IMG/VR virus record: IMGVR_UViG_3300043395_004689 | Span: 1 to 64,000 of that record | Source of the DNA: a virus | Direction: 5' to 3' (one strand) | DNA length: 64,000 nucleotides | Part shown: piece after piece, positions 10,091 through 17,998 of the stretch | How positions within the stretch are numbered: the stretch's first letter is position 1 | How the letters are laid out: each line of letters opens with the position of its first letter | Notes under the pieces: generated by a model | Databases searched by the model: none | What the model saw: the letters and a program-made list of their open reading frames with translations, nothing else | Told to the model about the DNA's origin: nothing | Position numbers and translations under genes: made by a program

Positions 10091-10249
10091 ATGAAACAAC
10101 GTAAGCTAGTTGCTAAGTTGTATCGGGCTTGCTTTGACCATGACACAGAAACTATTGCTGAACTCCGTAAAAAAGAGTTTGCGAAGATACTGAAACGCAA
10201 GGCCGAAGGTAAGCACTTTACAACTAAGTGGACCATTGTGCAAGTGTAA
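10091..10249 (+). CDS. Small basic hypothetical protein (52 aa, not in ORF track)
   Basis: AAGGAGGGGTG RBS; [18 protein letters not shown]... Confidence 0.7.
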   Translation: MKQRKLVAKLYRACFDHDTETIAELRKKEFAKILKRKAEGKHFTTKWTIVQV

Positions 10250-10283
10250 TAAGATCGAAATACAAAGAGCGATAAGTAAGGAC

Positions 10284-11060
10284 ATGATGCCCAAAACTTA
10301 TCGCTCTATTTTTATTAGTGATGTACACCTTGGTACCAGAGATAGTCAAGCAGACAGGCTGAATAATTTTTTAAAAAACAATACTTGCGATACACTTTAT
10401 CTGGTTGGCGACATTCTTGATGTGTGGCGCATACAGCAAAATAAATGGCGCTGGAAGCAAAGTCATACCAATGTGATTCGCAGAATACTGGGGCATGCCA
10501 AGCGAGGTACAAGGGTAATTTATGTGGCAGGTAATCACGATGAGTTTTTGCGTCCGCTGATGCCTTATGGTATTAATTTTGGCAATGTAGAAGTTGTGAA
10601 TCAATTTGAACACATAGGCGCAGACGGCAAACACTATTTGGTAACACATGGCGACCTGTTTGATGGCATTACAAGATTAGCACCGTGGATAGCATTTTTA
10701 GGAGACAAGGCCTATGACTTTGTGTTGTCTGCCAACAGCAAATTCAACTGGATACGACATCGTATGGGATTTGGATATTGGAGCCTAAGCAAGTACCTAA
10801 AACAGCGTGTTAAAAAAGCAGTGGACTTTATGTTTCAATTTGAAAAGAATCTAGCAGCTTATTGTAAAAAGCGCGGCTATGACGGAGTAATTTGCGGACA
10901 CATTCATCATGCTGAGATCAAAGAAATAGACGGCGTTGTGTACATGAACGACGGTGACTGGGTAGAATCATGCACAGCTCTAGTAGAGCACCACAACGGT
11001 CGCTGGGAAATAGTAACTTGGATTCGGGAGAAAGATGATGTGGTCAAAGAAAGCACATAA
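10284..11060 (+). CDS. UDP-2,3-diacylglucosamine hydrolase-like metallophosphoesterase (LpxH/LpxH2 family)
   Basis: SDVHLG, GD, GNHD, HGD, GHIH calcineurin-like motifs; start revised from 10236. Confidence 0.85.
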   Translation: MMPKTYRSIFISDVHLGTRDSQADRLNNFLKNNTCDTLYLVGDILDVWRIQQNKWRWKQSHTNVIRRILGHAKRGTRVIYVAGNHDEFLRPLMPYGINFGNVEVVNQFEHIGADGKHYLVTHGDLFDGITRLAPWIAFLGDKAYDFVLSANSKFNWIRHRMGFGYWSLSKYLKQRVKKAVDFMFQFEKNLAAYCKKRGYDGVICGHIHHAEIKEIDGVVYMNDGDWVESCTALVEHHNGRWEIVTWIREKDDVVKEST

Positions 11061-11064
11061 AGAA

Positions 11065-11775
11065 ATGAAGCTTAGTGATAAAATTACCATTGTAGTACCT
11101 TGCAAGAACGAAGAAAATTACATACATCATTTGTTGGATTCTCTTCGCGCTCAAAATATTGAAGACACCAGAGTCATTATTGCTGACTGTTCTACCGACA
11201 ACACTCGTCGGGTGATAAAAGAAAACAGCTACGGTTTAAATGTTGAAATCATAAATGGTGGTCCTGTTTCTGTTGCCAAAAACAACGGTGCCAGATTAGC
11301 AACCACTCCGTACATATTATTCATTGATGCTGATGTGCGTTTCTTTTCTAACCTGGTAATCAATGACGCAGTTCGTATAATTGATTCCAAAAATCTAGAC
11401 CTTGTTGGGCTAAACATCAAGTGTTATGATCGCGATCTTAGAGCCATCATTGGCTTTAAAATTTTCAATGTCATAAACAATGTATTAAAGTTTTTTACTC
11501 CGTTTGCAGTAGGTGCATTCATGCTAACACGAAGAGATCGGTTTGAGGAATTTGGTGGGTTTCCAGAAAAGTTTTCTACTTCAGAAGATTATTTTTTGTC
11601 GCGTATGTATAGCCCTAAGAAGTTTAGAATCGTCAATCATTATTTTGGACAAGACTCGAGACGATTTAAAAAAATGGGCTACTTGGGTATGGCTATGTAC
11701 CTAATAAAAAATTTCATCAATCGCAACAATCGTGCATACTGGGACCGTTTAGATTCTTCAAAGTATTGGAATTAA
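11065..11775 (+). CDS. Glycosyltransferase family 2
   Basis: IVVPCKNEE, DCSTDNT, FIDAD (DxD), SED. Confidence 0.9.
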   Translation: MKLSDKITIVVPCKNEENYIHHLLDSLRAQNIEDTRVIIADCSTDNTRRVIKENSYGLNVEIINGGPVSVAKNNGARLATTPYILFIDADVRFFSNLVINDAVRIIDSKNLDLVGLNIKCYDRDLRAIIGFKIFNVINNVLKFFTPFAVGAFMLTRRDRFEEFGGFPEKFSTSEDYFLSRMYSPKKFRIVNHYFGQDSRRFKKMGYLGMAMYLIKNFINRNNRAYWDRLDSSKYWN

Positions 11776-11787
11776 AAATCTAAGACC

Positions 11788-11795
11788 TATAAATA
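11788..11795 (+). promoter_or_regulatory. T4-like late promoter box
   Basis: Exact TATAAATA in an intergenic gap. Confidence 0.65.
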
Positions 11796-11815
11796 TTGGT
11801 CAGGAGGATTTGACC

Positions 11816-11863
11816 ATGAACGAAGAATGTCCAATTTGCGGTGGTAAACACCCTAAGAAATAA
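11816..11863 (+). CDS. Micropeptide MNEECPICGGKHPKK
   Basis: CAGGAGG RBS upstream, own TATAAATA box, double TAA stop; CxxCxxxH. Confidence 0.6.
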   Translation: MNEECPICGGKHPKK

Positions 11864-11883
11864 TAAGGATCTAGTGTATAGCT

Positions 11884-13293
11884 ATGAAAGCAAATAATTT
11901 CAGCAACGATAGCTTTTGCCCTGAAGTGTACAATCAAATTCAGATTGATATGCAGGGCGATTTAAAAGTTTGTTGTCTATCTTCGGATGGTGGACTAGCC
12001 AAGGACCTTGATGGAACACCAATGAATGTAAAAACACATTCAATTGTTGCTGCAATGAACAGCGAAACACACAAGCAGCATCGACTAGATCTAAGCAATA
12101 ATATCAAGCCTCAGAGATGCAGTAATTGTTATAATTGGGAAAATCACAGCAATAACATAAGTCGTCGTAAAAAGTTTATCAGACTGTCTGAGCATACACT
12201 GGACTATGTCAAAGCCGGTGAAGCATTTGATGTAACAAACGATGATGGTTCCATTGATGTTGACACTACCAAGCTGATAAACTTAGATATAAGATTTGGT
12301 AATCTTTGTAATCTCAAGTGCATTATGTGCGATCCAGGAAACAGCAGTTTGTGGTACGAAGACTGGGAACTACTATCTAGAAAATTTTCAAAAACTCGAC
12401 CCAATGGTAGATCAGTAAAATTTTCTTTGGGCGGCATAGATCCTGCGACAGGAAACACACAGTATTGGAAAGACAAAGACAAATTCTATTTGCTGGAAAA
12501 AAATCAGCACGGAAAGCTAAAATTACAAAACGAAGAAAACTGGTGGGAAACAGAATCCTGGAAAACTCAGTTTGTAAAAATTGCACCACAATTACAGTAC
12601 ATCTATTTCACTGGTGGTGAGCCGTTGCTGGTCCCAGCAATGGAAGACCACTTGGCTTACCTGGTTGAAAACGACTTCGCTAAAAATATCATGCTCTGCT
12701 ACGATACAAATTTAACAGTTGTCAATCCAGGTATTATCGACAAATGGAAATTTTTTAAAGATGTTGAATTGCGAATCAGCGTCGACGACACAGGAGATCG
12801 CTACAATGTAGTTCGCAATCCTGGAAACTTTGACAAGCTTTGTGACAACATAAATCGTGTTCAACAGACCAATATAAAAATTAAGCATGTGAGCATAGTC
12901 TGCCATTTGGCTAATGTTTATGGGGTAGTTCGTGTTGCTAAACTTGCAAAACAGCTAGGCATTGGAATGTCTCTGCGATTTGTGTCTAGGCCAACTTGGA
13001 TCAATGTGTTGAATCTGCCGCAGTCTGCCAAAGAAGAAGTAATTGCAACTCTCACCAAATTCTTAGAATCAGACGAATGTGAGTCTATTCACGGATATGA
13101 AAATTTTGTCCACCAACAAATAAAGTATTTTCAAAATAACCTAACAGCACCATACACAGAGTCAGACCTAGAAACTTTTGTGCAGGTAATGAATCTAATG
13201 GACCAATCCAGAAATCTCAATTGGAAAGAAACACTATCGGATGTTGCACAGTTACTTAGAAATCATTGCCCAACACTGGCCCTAGATCAATAA
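11884..13293 (+). CDS. Radical SAM protein with N-terminal SPASM/Twitch-like domain
   Basis: FC..GDLKVCC..CSNC N-terminus; CNLKCIMC; FTGGEP. Confidence 0.9.
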   Translation: MKANNFSNDSFCPEVYNQIQIDMQGDLKVCCLSSDGGLAKDLDGTPMNVKTHSIVAAMNSETHKQHRLDLSNNIKPQRCSNCYNWENHSNNISRRKKFIRLSEHTLDYVKAGEAFDVTNDDGSIDVDTTKLINLDIRFGNLCNLKCIMCDPGNSSLWYEDWELLSRKFSKTRPNGRSVKFSLGGIDPATGNTQYWKDKDKFYLLEKNQHGKLKLQNEENWWETESWKTQFVKIAPQLQYIYFTGGEPLLVPAMEDHLAYLVENDFAKNIMLCYDTNLTVVNPGIIDKWKFFKDVELRISVDDTGDRYNVVRNPGNFDKLCDNINRVQQTNIKIKHVSIVCHLANVYGVVRVAKLAKQLGIGMSLRFVSRPTWINVLNLPQSAKEEVIATLTKFLESDECESIHGYENFVHQQIKYFQNNLTAPYTESDLETFVQVMNLMDQSRNLNWKETLSDVAQLLRNHCPTLALDQ

Positions 13294-13298
13294 ATTGG

Positions 13299-13327
13299 TT
13301 GACCTTTATGCCATAATATGGTATAAT
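13299..13327 (+). promoter_or_regulatory. sigma70-type early promoter
   Basis: ggTTGACC-17nt-TATAAT. Confidence 0.8.
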
Positions 13328-13333
13328 GGTTGT

Positions 13334-13543
13334 ATGCTAAATTCAATACTCAAATGGACCGCTTGTGTAGTTGTGTGTGCTGGTGCTCTGTGTACCAGCT
13401 TACGCATTGATCCGGTCAACATCTATTTGCTTAACATTGGTACAACATTGTACCTGATATGGTCCATACGCATACGCGAAACAAACTTAATAGTGGTTAA
13501 TGGTTTACTCTTGGTCCTCTACGCTGTGGGCGTGTTTGTTTAA
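13334..13543 (+). CDS. Small membrane protein (probably leaderless)
   Basis: Hydrophobic 69-aa ORF; ATG 6 nt after the -10 box. Confidence 0.7.
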   Translation: MLNSILKWTACVVVCAGALCTSLRIDPVNIYLLNIGTTLYLIWSIRIRETNLIVVNGLLLVLYAVGVFV

Positions 13544-13597
13544 CCCAGGTAAACTGTCGCCGGCTAACCTCTTGAAATCATTCGCTTAAAAAAATGG

Positions 13598-13625
13598 TTG
13601 ACCTTTGGGCTAATGATGCTATTAT
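13598..13625 (+). promoter_or_regulatory. sigma70-type early promoter
   Basis: A-tract, ggTTGACC-16nt-TATTAT. Confidence 0.6.
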
Positions 13626-13654
13626 GCCTGGGTAGACGCAAGAGGAACAACGCA

Positions 13655-13741
13655 ATGAACCTTATTAAGAACATCGTTGGTGGGCTTGGCTTTGCGGCTC
13701 TTTTTTATGCTTTTGCTTTTGCAATTGCTTTGACAAACTAA
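13655..13741 (+). CDS. 28-aa hydrophobic peptide (not in ORF track)
   Basis: AGAGGA RBS; MNLIKNIVGGLGFAALFYAFAFAIALTN. Confidence 0.5.
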   Translation: MNLIKNIVGGLGFAALFYAFAFAIALTN

Positions 13742-13752
13742 GTTGGTATAAT

Positions 13753-13827
13753 GGGCTGGTAGCTCAGAGGAAGAGCGAGGGACTCTTAACCCCTAGGTCG
13801 AGATTTCAAAATTCTCCCAGCCTACCA
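13753..13827 (+). tRNA. tRNA-Lys(CUU) with encoded CCA
   Basis: Cloverleaf: GGGCTGG/CCAGCCT, GCTC/GAGC, AGGGA-CTCTTAA-CCCCT, GAGAT-TTCAAAA-TTCTC, ACCA. Confidence 0.9.
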
Positions 13828-13843
13828 ATTTACAATATATTAT

Positions 13844-13936
13844 GGCGGAAGCGAGGCACTGACGAGTGCCATGGCTGTTCGGACGAAGCCTCCGGGACAC
13901 TCCTGGGAAAGTAGGTTCAATTCCTACCTCCGCCCA
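13844..13936 (+). ncRNA. tRNA-like RNA with tRNA(Sec)/allo-tRNA geometry and an aberrant anticodon arm
   Basis: GGCGGA/TCCGCC acceptor; 6-bp D-stem GGCACT-GACG-AGTGCC; long V-arm; T-arm GTAGG-TTCAATT-CCTAC. Confidence 0.75.
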
Positions 13937-13946
13937 CTAATGTCGG

Positions 13947-14027
13947 CCCACCGGACTGGGATACGCAGGTGGGAGTGGATCGGGTCGCTGTGCTGAGCCC
14001 TGCTCGCGAGCTGACTCGGTCCATTTT
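13947..14027 (+). ncRNA. GC-rich two-hairpin structured RNA or terminator downstream of the tRNA-like gene
   Basis: CCCACC/GGTGGG stem; long AGTGGATCGGGTC.../...GACTCGGTCCATT stem with G-U pairs; T-run. Confidence 0.5.
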
Positions 14028-14080
14028 ACTTTGGTTAACGATTTACAAAAAGTAATTAACCAATCTTAACTAAAAAGTGG

Positions 14081-14109
14081 TTGACAGCTTGATCCAACCC
14101 TGTTATTAT
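14081..14109 (+). promoter_or_regulatory. sigma70-type early promoter
   Basis: A-tract, ggTTGACA-17nt-TATTAT. Confidence 0.75.
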
Positions 14110-14134
14110 GGTCACATAAAGAGGAGATAGACAG

Positions 14135-14335
14135 ATGGAACTGATTAAAGCGATCAAATCCTGCAAGGAAGTCTTCGTTGAAGTGCAAATGCCCAGCACT
14201 TATATCTGGGTGAAGGCTTCCAAGAAGGACCTGCTGACTCACATGCAAGCCAATCGGGACTTCAACTCCAAGGAAATGTACATCGTCACCCGTTACGGTA
14301 ACTTGTCCTTGTATCTTGCCCCTGAAAAGGCATAA
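14135..14335 (+). CDS. Hypothetical early protein
   Basis: GAGGAG RBS. Confidence 0.75.
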   Translation: MELIKAIKSCKEVFVEVQMPSTYIWVKASKKDLLTHMQANRDFNSKEMYIVTRYGNLSLYLAPEKA

Positions 14336-14347
14336 GGAGAGAAACAA

Positions 14348-14575
14348 ATGGAACGGTATCTTTTGTTTTCCGGTGAAGCCTACTATCCTGGTGGTGGTGC
14401 AGAAGACCTCCGCGCCGACTACGCCACGATGGTCGAATGTATGCAAGACAATTGTTCCTACGATCAGTGGTGGAACATCCTAGACACTCGTACCGGGCGA
14501 ATGTTCCACCACTATGATGTCGACGATAATCAGCGGTTCGAGTGGGCTGCTGGTATTGATGCAGGAGAGGGCTGA
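14348..14575 (+). CDS. Hypothetical early protein (YLLF..YYPGGG..D type)
   Basis: TAAGGAG RBS. Confidence 0.75.
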   Translation: MERYLLFSGEAYYPGGGAEDLRADYATMVECMQDNCSYDQWWNILDTRTGRMFHHYDVDDNQRFEWAAGIDAGEG

Positions 14576-14578
14576 GCC

Positions 14579-14698
14579 ATGCTAGTCGGATTTCTAGGCG
14601 TAATTGCCTTTATCGGCTTCGTGCTACTCGGTCGCGGCCCTCAGGGCAACTGGGTGGGCGAGTTCGAAAAAGCCTTGGAAGAAGAGAAGGAGAAGTAA
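14579..14698 (+). CDS. 39-aa membrane peptide (not in ORF track)
   Basis: GGAGAGG RBS; MLVGFLGVIAFIGFVLLGRG... Confidence 0.6.
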   Translation: MLVGFLGVIAFIGFVLLGRGPQGNWVGEFEKALEEEKEK

Positions 14699-14699
14699 G

Positions 14700-14900
14700 A
14701 TGGACATGCAGTTATTCATGATTGAAAGCATTGGTGAAGTAGGCCTCGATACAGAAGCTAGCCCAGGCAACGGTCAATACTATGTCAAACTGTTTGATGG
14801 TAGCTACGATGCAGTAGGGTTCGACTCCGTGGAAGAGGCTGTTGCAGAGCTCGAACATGTCACTGACCTTGATATATCTCAAGGTTGGCCTCAACATTAA
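14700..14900 (+). CDS. Hypothetical protein
   Basis: AAGGAG RBS; start revised from 14604. Confidence 0.65.
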   Translation: MDMQLFMIESIGEVGLDTEASPGNGQYYVKLFDGSYDAVGFDSVEEAVAELEHVTDLDISQGWPQH

Positions 14901-14911
14901 AGGAGACGCAC

Positions 14912-15223
14912 ATGGACAAGGTAATTCGTGATGGCAAGGTGGCTGTGCTCTACAGCCCAGACTTTGGTGCTGGTTGGTTCACTTGGAACACTAAGCATCC
15001 CCAGTGTCTTTATGACCCTGAAGTTGTGGCTTGGGTCGAGCAGGGCAAGTCTGAAGAACAGTTCCCTGACCTCGAAGACAAGTACGGGGACTATTTTTAT
15101 GATGGCGGGCGTCACGATCTTGTGATTGCCTGGGTGCCTGAGGGTACCCCCTTTAGGATCGACGAGTACGATGGCTCGGAAACGCTGGTGCTGGCCAGCG
15201 ACCAAGAGTGGCAAACTGCTTAA
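14912..15223 (+). CDS. Conserved phage hypothetical protein (VAVLYSPxFGAGW..F.IDEYDGSE)
   Basis: AAGGAG RBS; recognisable motif pattern. Confidence 0.75.
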   Translation: MDKVIRDGKVAVLYSPDFGAGWFTWNTKHPQCLYDPEVVAWVEQGKSEEQFPDLEDKYGDYFYDGGRHDLVIAWVPEGTPFRIDEYDGSETLVLASDQEWQTA

Positions 15224-15232
15224 AAATTAAGC

Positions 15233-15376
15233 AAATCAATGGGTTAGCTAAGTCATTGATTTTTAAAGCTTTTGTTAGCAGTTGCTAACCCATTGATTTT
15301 GTTGCTAAAAAACCACAAAAAAAGTCAAAAAAAGTGCCAAAAAACGGTTGACCTTTGGGGCTAGCCCGTGCATAAT
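15233..15376 (+). promoter_or_regulatory. Composite module: three IHF consensus sites (two form a 16-bp inverted repeat), TGT-N12-ACA palindrome, sigma70 promoter
   Basis: WATCAANNNNTTR at 15234-15246(+), 15249-15261(-), 15286-15298(-); TGTTGCTAAAAAACCACA 15300-15317; TTGACC-17-CATAAT 15348-15376. Confidence 0.75.
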
Positions 15377-15382
15377 ATGGGT

Positions 15383-15790
15383 ATGATGAACGATACGGAG
15401 CAGACCGTGAGCGAATTCAAGAGCTGGGAAGAAATGACTGATCTTGAGCAGGCCCAGTGCATGTTTTGGGACATGTACAAGGATGCACATGGTGTTCGTC
15501 CTCGTGGCATTGATACCAGCACCTGGACCTTGGAAGACTTCCGCAAGGAGTTTGACTATCTGGGTCAGGTCATTGACCGCGAAGAAACTGCTCGCAAGTC
15601 TGCGGAAGCAGAAGCCGTTGTCAAGTTTGAACAACAGGTCGTTATGACCATCTGTATGGGTGCTGGCAACCGCGAAACTGCTCTACGCTGGATCATGGAT
15701 GCCAGCGAAGCCGGTGGCGATTGGGAGTATTTTTGCTACCTCAATGGACTGCCTTATGGTTACTTCAATAAGGAGATGCAACATGGTTGA
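15383..15790 (+). CDS. Conserved phage hypothetical protein (WDMYKDAHGVRPR)
   Basis: First gene after the promoter; exact start uncertain. Confidence 0.75.
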   Translation: MMNDTEQTVSEFKSWEEMTDLEQAQCMFWDMYKDAHGVRPRGIDTSTWTLEDFRKEFDYLGQVIDREETARKSAEAEAVVKFEQQVVMTICMGAGNRETALRWIMDASEAGGDWEYFCYLNGLPYGYFNKEMQHG

Positions 15791-15929
15791 ACTTGGATGC
15801 TTGAGTGTGGCAGGTGGCTGGCAAACCTGTGTTCTAGGCACCACCATAACCTTTGGTCCAGTTTTCAATCGGGTCAATGACCTGTGGAACTGGCAACGAA
15901 CCAATCTCTTTGTCAAGGAGGCTGTATGA
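15783..15929 (+). CDS. Hypothetical protein
   Basis: TAAGGAG RBS; start revised. Confidence 0.65.
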   Translation: MVELGCLSVAGGWQTCVLGTTITFGPVFNRVNDLWNWQRTNLFVKEAV

Positions 15930-16102
15930 TGTCTGAGAACCTGGCTATGAGTATTTTCCTTACTGGGCTGATTGTAGTGGCTGGTGCAGTCGGCTTCATT
16001 GAAGCCAGCATCACCGACACTGACTTGGCGCTTGGTGTAGTTACCGGAGCAGTTGGTTGCGGTGCTATGTGGCTGGCTGTTCCTACCTTAAGCGATTGCT
16101 AA
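15926..16102 (+). CDS. Small two-TM membrane protein
   Basis: AAGGAGG RBS; ATGA overlap. Confidence 0.65.
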   Translation: MMSENLAMSIFLTGLIVVAGAVGFIEASITDTDLALGVVTGAVGCGAMWLAVPTLSDC

Positions 16103-16103
16103 A

Positions 16104-16229
16104 ATGAAACTCATATCACAAGTCAAAGACTTTTTGGTCTCTAGATTTTACCATCTATTCTTTTACTCTGAGGCCCTATTTTTCATAGTGGTTATGGTGC
16201 TAGTGGTGTTGCTGATTGTTGGAAGGTAA
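16104..16229 (+). CDS. 41-aa membrane peptide (not in ORF track)
   Basis: Fills the gap exactly; hydrophobic C-terminus. Confidence 0.5.
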   Translation: MKLISQVKDFLVSRFYHLFFYSEALFFIVVMVLVVLLIVGR

Positions 16230-16235
16230 GTTAAA

Positions 16236-16481
16236 ATGCCAACAAGCCTTGAGTTTCCCTATCTGGCAAAAGTTACCAACAACATGAATCCTGTGCTCTT
16301 GGCGCAGGTCAAACAAAGCTTAGAAACTTTTAGCATTGAAGTGAGAATTGATTATGAGCGGTGGACACAATATTGTATGGAGTACGAGTCCTGGCTCGCA
16401 GGTAGCGAAGCAGCCAAGTCTTGCGACAATTCAGTCAGCATCACGTATGAAAAGGAAGAGGAAGCTCAAAATGAAACTTAA
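16236..16481 (+). CDS. Hypothetical protein
   Basis: ORF in co-directional run. Confidence 0.55.
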   Translation: MPTSLEFPYLAKVTNNMNPVLLAQVKQSLETFSIEVRIDYERWTQYCMEYESWLAGSEAAKSCDNSVSITYEKEEEAQNET

Positions 16482-16752
16482 TTTAAAAGCTCGATTGCGA
16501 AATTGGCTACTGCGCGACGAAGAGTCAGAATGCGTACCAGCAGATGTGATCCGCCACGATCCTGACAGGATCAACCATGAAAACTCTATCAATTTTCAGG
16601 TTATTCAAGCCGCAGGTGGGCGCATTGTGCAGGTCCAAACCTATGATAGGCACAAGGACCGTCACATGACAAGCTTGCACATCATTACGCCCGAAGAGGA
16701 CCTAGCTGAATCTCTGGCCCACATTTTAACGCTGTCTCAACTTTCGCGATAA
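16471..16752 (+). CDS. Hypothetical protein
   Basis: GAGGA RBS; start revised from 16348. Confidence 0.7.
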   Translation: MKLNLKARLRNWLLRDEESECVPADVIRHDPDRINHENSINFQVIQAAGGRIVQVQTYDRHKDRHMTSLHIITPEEDLAESLAHILTLSQLSR

Positions 16753-16758
16753 AAACGG

Positions 16759-16787
16759 TTGACCATTCCTGCAATTTAGTTTATACT
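16759..16787 (+). promoter_or_regulatory. sigma70-type early promoter
   Basis: aaaacggTTGACC-17nt-TATACT. Confidence 0.8.
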
Positions 16788-16819
16788 GTATTCAACGCTG
16801 AAGATTTAGGAGAAGTCAA

Positions 16820-17209
16820 ATGGGTTTAGACATGTATGCATACCGTGTTGCTGCTGAAGATGCGATTGATGACTTTACAATCGCACATGATGACAACGAC
16901 ATGAATCATGCAGAAGAAATCTTCTACTGGCGCAAGCACCACGACCTACACGGTTGGATGAAGGATCTTTATCGTGACAAGGGCGGCTCGGCTGACAGCT
17001 TTAACTGCGTCTATGTGCGCCTGACCATGGAAGACCTTGACCGTTTGGAAAAGGACATCCTTGGCTACAAGTTACCGGAGACCACTGGATTCTTCTTTGG
17101 CAACAATCCTCCAGATGAGGATAGTGTCCGCGAGGATATGAAGTTCGTTGCTGAAGCCAAGGTAGTGATAGCATCAGGTGATGCTGTTTATTACTACAGC
17201 TGGTGGTAA
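16820..17209 (+). CDS. Conserved phage hypothetical protein (MGLDMY..YWRK..LHGWM..YYSWW)
   Basis: AGGAG RBS; motif pattern. Confidence 0.8.
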   Translation: MGLDMYAYRVAAEDAIDDFTIAHDDNDMNHAEEIFYWRKHHDLHGWMKDLYRDKGGSADSFNCVYVRLTMEDLDRLEKDILGYKLPETTGFFFGNNPPDEDSVREDMKFVAEAKVVIASGDAVYYYSWW

Positions 17210-17222
17210 ACTGGAGAACACA

Positions 17223-17579
17223 ATGAAAGTAAAGATGAAAAATTCCCAATGGGAAAAGCGGCATCTTTATTTCTTTCCAATCTCAGAGTTCAATGAGTAC
17301 GAGGGCGAGGAGATCCAAGTCAAGTGGCTCAAGCCGGATCAGATGGCTCTAACCACTGGCGATCCTAATTTTCCTTTTCGTGTCCTTGAGCGCAAGTATA
17401 TCGTCAGTATCAACGACAGCTCGTACAGCCACACTCAAACAGTGGCTCAGACTGTGAAGGTTAAGGGTAGCAAGGGCAACGAGTATGTGGTTACTTTGGG
17501 TAACACGCCGCATTGCACTTGCACAGGATTTGGATTTCGAAGGACTTGTAAGCACATTACGGAGGCACAGGCAATATGA
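17223..17579 (+). CDS. SWIM zinc-finger protein
   Basis: GSKGNEYVV..CTC.GF.FRRTCKH. Confidence 0.8.
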   Translation: MKVKMKNSQWEKRHLYFFPISEFNEYEGEEIQVKWLKPDQMALTTGDPNFPFRVLERKYIVSINDSSYSHTQTVAQTVKVKGSKGNEYVVTLGNTPHCTCTGFGFRRTCKHITEAQAI

Positions 17580-17863
17580 GCAAGATGGTGATTTTGCGAT
17601 TCAAGGAAGGTACTTCGGACAAGATCTGGGGTTATCGGACCATGTCGGATAACACAATCAGCTTCTGGGGTCGCACTGGTGGCACCTTGGCCTTTAAGGT
17701 CTACCGTAATTGGTTTGAGGCTGATGAAGTTGCCGCAACCAAGCGCCGCAAAGGCTATCGCGATGTTTCTGCGGCCCAACAAGAGCAGGTCCTTCCTGTA
17801 GACTTTGAGGGCCAGCTTATGCTAGCGGCTCTGGGCCAGGTAAAGTTTCCTTTGGTGGTATGA
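17576..17863 (+). CDS. WGR-domain-like protein
   Basis: EGTSDKIW..FWGR.G..K..KGY. Confidence 0.65.
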   Translation: MSKMVILRFKEGTSDKIWGYRTMSDNTISFWGRTGGTLAFKVYRNWFEADEVAATKRRKGYRDVSAAQQEQVLPVDFEGQLMLAALGQVKFPLVV

Positions 17864-17893
17864 AAAAAGATTTTGAATTTTGCCAAAAAGTGG

Positions 17894-17922
17894 TTGACCT
17901 AGAATCCGCTTTATGGTATAAT
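17894..17922 (+). promoter_or_regulatory. sigma70-type early promoter
   Basis: ggTTGACC-17nt-TATAAT. Confidence 0.8.
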
Positions 17923-17998
17923 AAGAATATGAGCAGGAGCTCATATCCGACAGCAAGCGGTTTCTTGCTAAACTTAGACACACACAGGAGTAACCTAA

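Noticed and set aside
13730-13752. TTGACA...TATAAT promoter directly before tRNA-Lys
   Set aside because: The spacer is only 11 nt and a start would fall inside the tRNA; the 13598 promoter is more plausible
13937-14027. tRNA-associated HDV-like (theta) ribozyme, tmRNA or SRP RNA
   Set aside because: No nested double pseudoknot or L3 motif, no tag reading frame or GGGG 5' end, and no SRP domain IV motif could be built
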